A stretch of 64,000 nt of DNA from contig CAJQQZ010000046.1 in the NCBI GenBank assembly GCA_905480575.1, forward strand, positions 556 through 64,555, in the 5' to 3' direction. This DNA is from an uncultured Alphaproteobacteria bacterium. Lineage in GTDB: Bacteria; Pseudomonadota; Alphaproteobacteria; UBA7985; CAJQQZ01. Made by a program: the position numbers and the translations under genes. This document shows, piece after piece, positions 19,844 to 28,263 of this stretch; the stretch's first letter is position 1; the number at the start of each line of letters is the position of its first letter. The notes beneath the pieces were generated by a model. That model saw only the letters and a list, made by a program, of their open reading frames with translations, had not been told where the DNA came from and did no database searches.

Positions 19844-21539
19844 TGGCAGCCAACCAAACTCACGTAGAATGCACCCAGGTCAGGGTCGACGCAAAGCCAG
19901 CCCGACACCTAAAGGTCGTCAGATTGATACAGTCGCCGCTTCCGAGGTACAGGAACTGCTCGGCGACCGTGAAATCCGCCGCGATTTGCTGATCCAATAC
20001 CTGCATTTGATCCAGGATAAATTCGGCTGCTTGCAAAGCTCTCATCTCGCTGCTTTGGCAGATGAAATGAAGCTGTCTATGAGTGAAGTCTTCGAAGTGG
20101 CTTCTTTCTACGCACATTTCGACATTGTCTTCGATGATGAGACGCCGCCTCCACCACTGACTATTCGTGTTTGCGAGAGTTTGACGTGTGAGCTTAAGGG
20201 CGCGCAGGACATCCTGAAAAACTTGCCCGCTGCTGTCGGTGATCAAGTTCGTGTTGTTGGCGCGCCTTGTATGGGCCGCTGCCAATGTGCGCCGGTTGCC
20301 GAAGTTGGTCATAACCATGTCGACAACGCTACGGTCGCGTCGCTCAGTAAAGCTGCCGTCGACAAAGACACGCATCCGAGGATCCCTGCTTACATTTCAT
20401 ACGACGACTACGTTGCTGGCGGTGGTTACAATTTGCTGAAAGATCTTCAAGCAGGCAAAACCACACCAGAAGCCCTGATCACGACCATGAAGGACTCAGG
20501 TCTTCGTGGTCTTGGTGGCGCGGGCTTCCCATCTGGCATGAAGTGGGACTTTGTTCGTCGTGAACCAGCGCCGCGGTTGATGGCAATCAACGGCGATGAA
20601 GGTGAACCAGGTACGTTCAAAGACCGACATTACCTTGAAACTGATCCACATCGCTTCCTTGAGGGCATGTTGGTCGCTGCAACAGTCGCAGAAGCAGAGA
20701 CAGTGTTCGTCTACATCCGTGACGAGTACCCGGCGGTCCTTGAAATTCTGGAAAAGGAAATAGCCCGCGTTGTAAGCGAAGGTCTAAACGGCTCAACAGG
20801 CATTGAACTTAGACGTGGTGCAGGCGCTTATATTTGCGGCGAAGAATCAGCCATGCTTGAATCAATTGAAGGCAAGCGGGGCCTGCCCAGACACAAGCCG
20901 CCTTACCCAACGCAAGTAGGCCTTTTCGGTCGTCCAACGCTGATCCACAACGTCGAAACCGTCTACTGGGTTCGTGAGATTGTTGAAAAAGGCGCTGAAT
21001 GGTTCACACGACAAGGTGCGAACGGTCGCAAAGGTCTGAGATCTTACTCAGTTTCTGGCCACGTAAAGAACCCAGGTGTCGTTCTAGCCCCAGCTGGTAC
21101 AACGATCCAGGAGCTGATTGATAACTACTGCGGCGGTATGGAAGATGGTCATACTTTCAAAGCCTACCTGCCAGGTGGTGCTTCTGGAGGTATTCTACCA
21201 GCGCGGTTGAATTCTATTCCGCTCGATTTCGACACCTTGCAAGAATACGATTGCTTCATCGGTTCAGCGGCAGTCGTGATCTTGTCCGATCAGGATAATA
21301 TGAAAGCTGTTGGCCTCAACCTCATGAAGTTCTTTGAGGATGAAAGCTGTGGCCAGTGCACTCCGTGCAGAAATGGCACAGAAAAAGCCGTACAGTTGAT
21401 GAGTGAAGAAAAATGGGACGTCGAGCTGCTCGCCGATCTCAGCCAAGTCATGATGGACAGCTCCATTTGTGGTCTCGGTCAGGCGGCCCCTAACCCGCTG
21501 AATTCAATCATCAAGCATTTCTCCGACGATCTAGCGTAG
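19836..21539 (+). CDS. NAD-dependent formate dehydrogenase beta subunit (NuoE-NuoF fusion; FMN, Fe-S)
   Basis: CESLTC and CMGRC [2Fe-2S]; GLRGLGGAGFP, NGDEGEPGTFKDR, GAGAYICGEE, ESCGQCTPCR motifs. Confidence 0.92.
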   Translation: MPDGSQPNSRRMHPGQGRRKASPTPKGRQIDTVAASEVQELLGDREIRRDLLIQYLHLIQDKFGCLQSSHLAALADEMKLSMSEVFEVASFYAHFDIVFDDETPPPPLTIRVCESLTCELKGAQDILKNLPAAVGDQVRVVGAPCMGRCQCAPVAEVGHNHVDNATVASLSKAAVDKDTHPRIPAYISYDDYVAGGGYNLLKDLQAGKTTPEALITTMKDSGLRGLGGAGFPSGMKWDFVRREPAPRLMAINGDEGEPGTFKDRHYLETDPHRFLEGMLVAATVAEAETVFVYIRDEYPAVLEILEKEIARVVSEGLNGSTGIELRRGAGAYICGEESAMLESIEGKRGLPRHKPPYPTQVGLFGRPTLIHNVETVYWVREIVEKGAEWFTRQGANGRKGLRSYSVSGHVKNPGVVLAPAGTTIQELIDNYCGGMEDGHTFKAYLPGGASGGILPARLNSIPLDFDTLQEYDCFIGSAAVVILSDQDNMKAVGLNLMKFFEDESCGQCTPCRNGTEKAVQLMSEEKWDVELLADLSQVMMDSSICGLGQAAPNPLNSIIKHFSDDLA

Positions 21540-21548
21540 GAAAGACAA

Positions 21549-24332
21549 ATGGCAGATACAGTAAAATTTAGCCTCAACGGCAAGCAAGTCGAAGCACAGC
21601 CAGGTGAAACAATTTGGCAAGTTTCAGACCGCCTCGGCGTAGAAATTCCGCATCTTTGTTATTCACCAGAACCTGGTTATCGTGCCGATGGTAACTGCCG
21701 TGCTTGTATGGTTGAGATCGAAGGCGAGCGTGTTCTTGCGGCCTCTTGTATTCGTACACCGTCTGAAGGCATGGTTGTTAACTCAGCTTCTGACCGCGCA
21801 AAGAAATCTCGCGAGATGGTGTTTGAGCTGCTGGTTGCTGACCAGCCAGAGCGCGCCACTTCGCATGACCCTGACAGCAAGTTCTGGAACTGGTCGGACA
21901 AAGTTGGCGTCGAGACCAGCCGTTTCCCGACCAAAGCCAGCCAATATGTGCCAGCGGCCGATACCAGCCATACGGCGATGTCCGTTAATCTGGATGCTTG
22001 CATCAATTGCAATCTCTGTGTTCGCGCTTGCCGTGAAGTTCAAGTAAATGACGTCATCGGCATGGCCTACCGTGGTTCCGGCGCTAAGGTCATTTTCGAC
22101 TTTGACGACGAAATGGGTCAGTCAACTTGCGTTGCTTGTGGCGAATGTGTCCAGGCCTGCCCAACCGGTGCTTTGATGGAATCAAGCTTGCTTAATGAAG
22201 CTGGTACACGTGTTGTCTTTGAAGAAGAGACTGTTGCTTCTGGGTGCCCCTACTGTGGTGTTGGTTGTCAGATCGAATACAAGGTCAAAGACAACGAAAT
22301 CCTTTACGCCGACGGCAACAATGGCCCGGCAAACTCGAACCGCCTCTGTGTTAAGGGTCGTTTCGGATTTGAATATCAAAGCCACGAAGACCGCCTGACC
22401 GTACCACTGATCCGTCGTGATGACGCGCCAAAGTCTGGCGACTGCGAAGTTGATCCACAAAATCCATGGACTCATTTCCGTGAAGCAACATGGGAAGAAG
22501 CCCTGGACCACGCCGGTGGTGCCCTGAAAGGCATTTATGACCGTGAAGGACCAAAAGGTCTTGCCGGTTTCGGTTCTGCCAAAGGTTCCAACGAAGAAGC
22601 TTACCTCTTCCAGAAGCTAATCCGCACAGCCTTCCACACAAATAACGTCGACCACTGTACGCGTCTTTGCCACGCTTCATCTGTTGCGGCCCTGATGGAA
22701 GCGATCGGAACAGGCGCTGTGACGGCACCTTTTACAGCCGCTAAAGATTCTGACTGTATTATCGTGATTGGTGCCAACCCTACGGTAAATCATCCAGTGG
22801 CAGCGACGTTCATCAAGAACGCTACCAAGAAGGGCGCTAAGCTCTTCATTATGGATCCACGTAAACAAACACTTAGTCGTCATGCGACCAAGCACCTGCA
22901 GTTCAAGCCTGGTGCTGATGTTTCCATGTTGAACGCTATGCTGCACACGATCATTGAAGAAGGTCTCTATGATCAACAGTATATTGATGCCTACACACAT
23001 GGCTTCGACGATCTCAAAGCCTCAATCAAAGACTTTGCCCCTGAAAAGATGGCTGCGATCTGTGGCATTGATGCAGAGACACTGCGTGAGGTTGCTCGAA
23101 CTTACGCGACATCCAAAGCCTCACTGATTTTCTGGGGCATGGGTATTTCCCAGCACGTTCACGGTACAGATAACGCACGTTGCTTGATTCAGCTTGCTCT
23201 AACAACCGGTCAAGTTGGTCGCCCAGGTTCTGGCCTCCATCCCCTGCGTGGGCAGAACAACGTGCAAGGTGCATCAGATGCTGGCCTTATTCCTATTGTG
23301 TATCCCGATTACCAGTCAGTGGAAAAAGAGGCCATCCGCGAACACTTTGAGGACTTTTGGGGCACTGACCTAGATCCCAAAAAAGGCCTCACAGTTGTAG
23401 AGATCATTGATGCGATCCATGATGATCAAATCAAGGGCATGTATATCATGGGTGAAAACCCCGCTATGTCTGATCCTGATCAAAACCACGCCCGCGCAGC
23501 ACTCGCAAAGCTGGAGCATCTCGTCGTTCAGGACATCTTCCTGACCGAGACCGCATTCCACGCAGATGTGGTACTGCCTGCGACTGTTTATTATGAGAAG
23601 ACAGGCTCCTTCACCAATACCAATCGCCAGGTCCAGATTGCCCGCCAAGTCGTGGCACCTCCAGGCCAAGCACGTGAAGACTGGTGGATCACTGTAGAGC
23701 TTGCCAAACGCGTGGGTCTTGATTGGAACTATGCTAACCCTGGTGAAGTCTTCAACGAAATGGCTATGGTTATGCCCTCGCTGAAGAACATCACTTGGGA
23801 ACGTCTCAACCGAGAGAATGCTGTCACTTATCCTTGTGATGGCCCAACCCTACCAGGCAACGAGATTCTCTATGGCGCTGGTTTCCCAACAGAAGACGGT
23901 CGCGGCACCATGGTTCCTGCCAAGATCATTCCACCAGACGAGCTACCGGACACAGACTACCCTATGGTACTTTCCACAGGTCGTATGTTGGAGCATTGGC
24001 ACACGGGTTCTATGACACGCCGCGCGCGGGTTCTAGATCACCTTGAGCCAGAAGCGATTGCAATGCTGCACCCTCGTCAAATGCGTTCTTTAGGCCTACA
24101 GATCGGTGATTACATCAAGGTATCCACTCGTCGCGGTGAACTGGAGATCATGATCCGCCAGGACCGTGATGTCCCGGAAGGCATGGTCTTTATCCCGTTC
24201 TGTTATGCAGAAGCGGCTGCGAACCTTTTAACCAACCCACAGCTAGATCCGTTCGGCAAAATTCCAGAATTTAAGTTCTGTGCTGCAAAAATTGAGAAGA
24301 CGGCTGCACCTGTTATGGCTGCTGCTGAATAA
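21549..24332 (+). CDS. fdhF: formate dehydrogenase alpha subunit (Mo/W-bis-PGD)
   Basis: N-terminal Fe-S motifs, CPYCGVGC, LCVKGRFG, NNVDHCTRLCH (Cys ligand), PLRGQNNVQG and PEFKFCA motifs. Confidence 0.95.
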   Translation: MADTVKFSLNGKQVEAQPGETIWQVSDRLGVEIPHLCYSPEPGYRADGNCRACMVEIEGERVLAASCIRTPSEGMVVNSASDRAKKSREMVFELLVADQPERATSHDPDSKFWNWSDKVGVETSRFPTKASQYVPAADTSHTAMSVNLDACINCNLCVRACREVQVNDVIGMAYRGSGAKVIFDFDDEMGQSTCVACGECVQACPTGALMESSLLNEAGTRVVFEEETVASGCPYCGVGCQIEYKVKDNEILYADGNNGPANSNRLCVKGRFGFEYQSHEDRLTVPLIRRDDAPKSGDCEVDPQNPWTHFREATWEEALDHAGGALKGIYDREGPKGLAGFGSAKGSNEEAYLFQKLIRTAFHTNNVDHCTRLCHASSVAALMEAIGTGAVTAPFTAAKDSDCIIVIGANPTVNHPVAATFIKNATKKGAKLFIMDPRKQTLSRHATKHLQFKPGADVSMLNAMLHTIIEEGLYDQQYIDAYTHGFDDLKASIKDFAPEKMAAICGIDAETLREVARTYATSKASLIFWGMGISQHVHGTDNARCLIQLALTTGQVGRPGSGLHPLRGQNNVQGASDAGLIPIVYPDYQSVEKEAIREHFEDFWGTDLDPKKGLTVVEIIDAIHDDQIKGMYIMGENPAMSDPDQNHARAALAKLEHLVVQDIFLTETAFHADVVLPATVYYEKTGSFTNTNRQVQIARQVVAPPGQAREDWWITVELAKRVGLDWNYANPGEVFNEMAMVMPSLKNITWERLNRENAVTYPCDGPTLPGNEILYGAGFPTEDGRGTMVPAKIIPPDELPDTDYPMVLSTGRMLEHWHTGSMTRRARVLDHLEPEAIAMLHPRQMRSLGLQIGDYIKVSTRRGELEIMIRQDRDVPEGMVFIPFCYAEAAANLLTNPQLDPFGKIPEFKFCAAKIEKTAAPVMAAAE

Positions 24333-24356
24333 AGCGATACAAATTCATCGTTTTAT

Positions 24357-24381
24357 AAGGGAGGCTTCGGCCTCCCTTTTT
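24357..24381 (+). terminator. rho-independent terminator of the fdh operon
   Basis: AAGGGAGGC-TTCG-GCCTCCCTTTTT. Confidence 0.88.
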
Positions 24382-24555
24382 CATGCCGACTCCGCAGAAC
24401 AAGCTAAAATTCGCTTAATTTGTTAACGAAAGATGCAATTTCCCAAATTCGATTGCTATTTGCGTTTCAAATATCCCAGGAGTCTCACGAGTACGCCTTC
24501 CCAATCCCCCCCAAGACTCGCAGGTCGTTTTGGAGTCATTGGGTAAAATTCAAAC

Positions 24556-24571
24556 TGGCACACTTCCTGCT
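24556..24571 (+). promoter_or_regulatory. putative sigma54 (-24/-12) promoter
   Basis: TGGCAC-ACTTC-CTGCT versus consensus TGGCAC-N5-TTGCW. Confidence 0.6.
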
Positions 24572-24581
24572 ATATAAAGAT

Positions 24582-24730
24582 CAGATACGCAGAAGAGAGT
24601 TAGTAACAGCAAGAGTTGCTAACGGAAGCGCAAACTTTCCTCTACTGCTCATCACGAGCTTGCCTTAGTCGGGCAAACTTCCCAGCCAAAACTTACGGCC
24701 CAGAGGAGAAATCTTCTGGGCCTTTTTTTT
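24582..24730 (+). ncRNA. candidate small RNA of about 150 nt
   Basis: Lies between a sigma54-like promoter and a strong terminator; several stems; CU-rich single strand before the terminator; no credible ORF with RBS. Confidence 0.55.
24697..24730 (+). terminator. rho-independent terminator with no upstream CDS (orphan)
   Basis: GGCCCAGAGGA-GAAA-TCTTCTGGGCC-TTTTTTTT. Confidence 0.85.
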
Positions 24731-24776
24731 CGCTCACATGTTACTATCGTACCAATCATAATCAGGAGGAAACATC

Positions 24777-25298
24777 GTGTTGTATAAATTAGGGAACGAC
24801 CAACCAGAACTTCACGAAGAAAGCTGGGTAGCACCAACCGCTGTTGTTATTGGAAAAACGCGTTTGTTAAAAAATGCATCCGTTTGGTGGAACGCCGTTA
24901 TCCGAGGCGATAACGAATGGATTGAGATTGGCGAGAACTCAAATGTTCAGGACAATGCAGTTTTGCACACAGACCCCGGCTTCCCCATGACAATTGGCAA
25001 TGACGTTGTCGTCGGCCATCTCGCTATGCTTCATGGCTGCACAGTTGAAAACGGAGCCTTGATTGGCATGGGCGCCACAGTGCTCAATGGCGCTGTCATT
25101 GGCAAAGGATCGGTCATCGGTGCAAACGCGTTGATCGCTGAAGGCAAGGAAATACCGCCTTACTCTTTGGTTGTTGGACAACCTGGTAAGATCATAAGAA
25201 CCCTCACCGAAGAACAATCCGCCCAAATGCTCAGAGGTGCAGCAGCCTACGTGAAAAACTGGCAACGATACGCCAAGGATTTAGAACTGATCGAATAA
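24777..25298 (+). CDS. gamma carbonic anhydrase family protein (YrdA/PaaY-like)
   Basis: Hexapeptide repeats; [13 protein letters not shown] and VGH.AMLHGC motifs; AGGAGG RBS. Confidence 0.92.
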   Translation: MLYKLGNDQPELHEESWVAPTAVVIGKTRLLKNASVWWNAVIRGDNEWIEIGENSNVQDNAVLHTDPGFPMTIGNDVVVGHLAMLHGCTVENGALIGMGATVLNGAVIGKGSVIGANALIAEGKEIPPYSLVVGQPGKIIRTLTEEQSAQMLRGAAAYVKNWQRYAKDLELIE

Positions 25299-25319
25299 AC
25301 CACTTCAGCCGTTTCAACA

Positions 25320-26309
25320 TTACAAGATCAGATTCTCCTTAAGACGCTCGGCTTGCGTGAAAGCTTGAAGAGGATCTTGCTGTGGCTCACTTGAGTAGTC
25401 TGCCATTTGATTCTTTTGCATCAACCGCCATTCCTGCATCAAGGCAATCGCAGACCAGCGAACTTGAGAGACATAGCGCCAGAACTCAATGCGCTGCGCA
25501 TCAAGCAGGTGACCCGAGAGATCCTGATACATGCTGACGAAATGCGCCAAGTCGCTTTCAAGCCCCCCAGGATTTGAGTAACGCCAACAAGGAGCAAACA
25601 ACCAACCGACATCCTGCTCTCTTTCACCCAAACTTGCGAACTCCCAATCAAGTAAGAAGATCTGATCCGACGCGGACTTTAAAAAATTACCCATTCGGAA
25701 ATCATTGTGGCAGAGGACGGGCTCTGAGGTTCTGCAGCTCAAATTTTCGACGATTTCATTTAGTTCGCTGGAGATCCGACCCGACAAAGGATGATGATAC
25801 CCCGCCACCCAACTGGCCATCGAAGCCAGGGTTTTTGAGAGCTCATTGTCGCGCAAATTCATCATCAAAGGGGTCGGCAGTCTGACATCGTGAAGTTCAC
25901 CCATGATTTCAGCCAAACTTTTCCAGATTTGTGACCAATCACAAGCCTCTGAGAAGTGTTTAGGATCATCTTTTCCGTCTATGTACTCAAACAACAGCCC
26001 TTGAACGGGATCGCTCCCAACCTTGGTAACCAACTCAGGTGCCCAGGGTAAATGATGCCGATTTAGTTCAGAGACAATACTAGCCTCATCAGAAAGAGAA
26101 TTCTGGCACTTCGCTGGCAAAACAATTGGGTTTCGTTGACGCCAGACCAGATCTCCACCCTCGCGGGGTCTGATCAAAAAGTGATCATTAATCGCACCAT
26201 TTGAAAACTGGCCGACCACTTCCACTTGGGAAGTACAGTCCGCTAGATAGCCCGAAACCAAAGCCTGCACAGATATTTGCCGATTTTTTTCAATTTTTCG
26301 AAGTACCAT
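25320..26309 (-). CDS. APH/choline-kinase-like phosphotransferase family protein
   Basis: GAIN N-lobe loop, LCHNDFRMGN catalytic loop, LDWEFA and D.GW..PCWR motifs. Confidence 0.8.
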   Translation of the reverse strand: MVLRKIEKNRQISVQALVSGYLADCTSQVEVVGQFSNGAINDHFLIRPREGGDLVWRQRNPIVLPAKCQNSLSDEASIVSELNRHHLPWAPELVTKVGSDPVQGLLFEYIDGKDDPKHFSEACDWSQIWKSLAEIMGELHDVRLPTPLMMNLRDNELSKTLASMASWVAGYHHPLSGRISSELNEIVENLSCRTSEPVLCHNDFRMGNFLKSASDQIFLLDWEFASLGEREQDVGWLFAPCWRYSNPGGLESDLAHFVSMYQDLSGHLLDAQRIEFWRYVSQVRWSAIALMQEWRLMQKNQMADYSSEPQQDPLQAFTQAERLKENLIL

Positions 26310-26397
26310 TGGACAGTAAAATTACTTCACAGGTTAATTTTTTGTTTGTGAATCCTAAGTCTGTTGTCTTTTGAACACAGTCGCCTAAGACTTTGCT

Positions 26398-26580
26398 CGC
26401 AATAGCTATTCTCGCTGGTCTTTACCAGATCAAAATGGCATTTTGCGGCCAACAGGTAATCCACGCGCAGACGCTTTAGCGGTCGCGCAATAGGGTTTCG
26501 GGGGAGAGCCTCTCTAAAAAAGGGGCATGAAACGAAAGGCGCTGTCGATCCGGGGGGATTTTGACGGCGCCTTTTTCGTT
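26398..26580 (+). ncRNA. candidate G-rich structured small RNA
   Basis: Intergenic series of hairpins with three G-runs, ending in a GC stem with U tail; possible TTGTCT-N16-TAAGAC promoter at 26364-26391. Boundaries uncertain. Confidence 0.35.
26531..26580. terminator. probable bidirectional terminator
   Basis: AACGAAAGGCGCTGTCGA..TTGACGGCGCCTTTTTCGTT. Confidence 0.7.
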
Positions 26581-26671
26581 CAGCGCTTTATGCCAAGGCA
26601 AACTGAAAGCTTGCCTTTAGTTTGCACTCAAGCGCCGCGCTGGCTGCGCTCCCACTTGGTCGCTAGTCCTT

Positions 26672-26705
26672 GAATTCAGTGAATTTTATCAAATTCACTG
26701 AATTC
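26672..26705. repeat. perfect 15-bp inverted repeat with 4-nt spacer
   Basis: GAATTCAGTGAATTT-TATC-AAATTCACTGAATTC. Confidence 0.8.
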
Positions 26706-26760
26706 CGTGTCCACAAACCCCAATGAGTCAAAAGCTGTTGGCGTTGGTACAATTCTTCAG

Positions 26761-28218
26761 TCAAGAACCTGAAGGATAGATTTCTTTTCCGAATGCAGCC
26801 GTTAACGCCTCAAACAGAGGGCCTGTCGCTTGCATTCTTTCTAAGGGCTGTGCGTGCGTTCGAATCATATCTAACCTAGCCCTTAGAGCCGGTGGGGCCG
26901 TTCGATTTGTCACAAACAAAGCTTGGCTGGCTATGAAAGCAAGAATAGCTAGGCTCGCGTCCAAACATTGCCCTGATCGCTCTATCTTCCGCCAAGCAGG
27001 CAAAGCAACACTTGCAACATCATTTTGGCCAAATCCTCCAGACTCAGAGCCAGGTAGGAGATTTGGTGCAGCCAGCAGCTTGGCTTCTTCCACAAAATCG
27101 ACCGCTGCCATGGGGCTGGCTCCTAAATAGAGGTCATCGTCTGCCCGAAACTTCAACTGATCGGGGAGGCCTGAACAATTCCCATCTAGCATTTTTGTTG
27201 CCTGTCGTTCTGCCAGCTGAGCCAAATCTGCATAAGATGCTGCTAGGCGACCCAAAACAGGCCCAACATCGGCATTGTGATAGCCTCCCGTCGATAGTGC
27301 CCGTCCGTTTGGATAGAGATCACCAGATGGGTCTTGATCTGGCCTTAGAAAGACAGGGTTGTCCGTAACCGCCTTCAGCGCTCTTTCAGCCGCCGACTTG
27401 CACTCCTCTAGCGAGGCCAATGCTGCGCCCAGAATCCGGGGTAGAATTCTAAAGCTAACGGGTGCTTGATAAGCTCGGCGTTCTTCTGCCCCACCGGATA
27501 GCAACGTCGAGATCTGTTGCAGTGCGTTCTGTTCGTTATCACTACCCCAAAGGTCTTCTAGGGCTGGATCGTAAGCTTCCAATGGCGCTAGGAATGCTTC
27601 TGCCGATAAAGCGAAAATCTCAGTTGCAACCTCCAACCGCTTCTGGCAACTGAGAGCGACATCAGCCAAAACCGCTGAAGCCCCTGGCGAACCGTTGATC
27701 AGGGCGAGGCATTCTTTCTCTTCCAAATCCATTGTCTCCGCCATCGGTAGAAACAAGGGCGCTAGAATGAGGATTTCGCCGGCTCCTCCTTGCCCTTGAA
27801 TGGCGAAGGTGGGAAGTGGCTGCTCTCCGCCTAACAAGGCGGCGACAGCTTGCGCTAACTCTGGTCTGACCGCAGCATGACCCTCGACAAAATTCGCGAG
27901 GCGCGCATAAATCGTACCGCGAACCAAACGTTCTGGCGCCTTCTCTCCAAAGGCAGAGGTTGGTCCGACAGGTCGTCGTTTCGCATGGGCTCGGCGTTGT
28001 TCTTTGGTGAAACGCAGCTTTGCATTCTGGCCATAGCCAGACGTTACGCCGTAAATAACTAAATTAGGATCGCTATCGATCATCTCCATAAATGCATTGC
28101 GAGATGTCTGGATTGCATCCAAAGCCGTTTTTGAAAAGCCTAGAGCCTTCCCTTCCCACGCAACCTGGCGGTAGTTATCTAAAGAAAAATCATTGCGGTC
28201 CCGTAAGACAATAGTCAC
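26761..28218 (-). CDS. aromatic amino acid ammonia-lyase (HAL/PAL) fold protein lacking the Ala-Ser-Gly MIO motif
   Basis: YGVTSGYG, KECLALING and TDNP match the HAL fold, but the MIO loop reads GQGGAGEI instead of GSxGASGDL. Confidence 0.85.
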   Translation of the reverse strand: MTIVLRDRNDFSLDNYRQVAWEGKALGFSKTALDAIQTSRNAFMEMIDSDPNLVIYGVTSGYGQNAKLRFTKEQRRAHAKRRPVGPTSAFGEKAPERLVRGTIYARLANFVEGHAAVRPELAQAVAALLGGEQPLPTFAIQGQGGAGEILILAPLFLPMAETMDLEEKECLALINGSPGASAVLADVALSCQKRLEVATEIFALSAEAFLAPLEAYDPALEDLWGSDNEQNALQQISTLLSGGAEERRAYQAPVSFRILPRILGAALASLEECKSAAERALKAVTDNPVFLRPDQDPSGDLYPNGRALSTGGYHNADVGPVLGRLAASYADLAQLAERQATKMLDGNCSGLPDQLKFRADDDLYLGASPMAAVDFVEEAKLLAAPNLLPGSESGGFGQNDVASVALPAWRKIERSGQCLDASLAILAFIASQALFVTNRTAPPALRARLDMIRTHAQPLERMQATGPLFEALTAAFGKEIYPSGS

Positions 28219-28263
28219 TATAACGCATCCTTTTCATTTGTTTTCGAAAGCCACAGCAAAGCT

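Noticed and set aside
24420-24668. 82-aa ORF over the sRNA candidate
   Set aside because: TTG start, no RBS, no protein-like motif, and it crosses a sigma54-like promoter.
24777-25298. Functional link between gamma-CA and FDH for CO2 handling
   Set aside because: Two terminators separate them, and YrdA-like proteins are ubiquitous.
26398-26580. Identification as 6S, SRP, RNase P or tmRNA
   Set aside because: None of their conserved motifs or usual gene contexts are visible.
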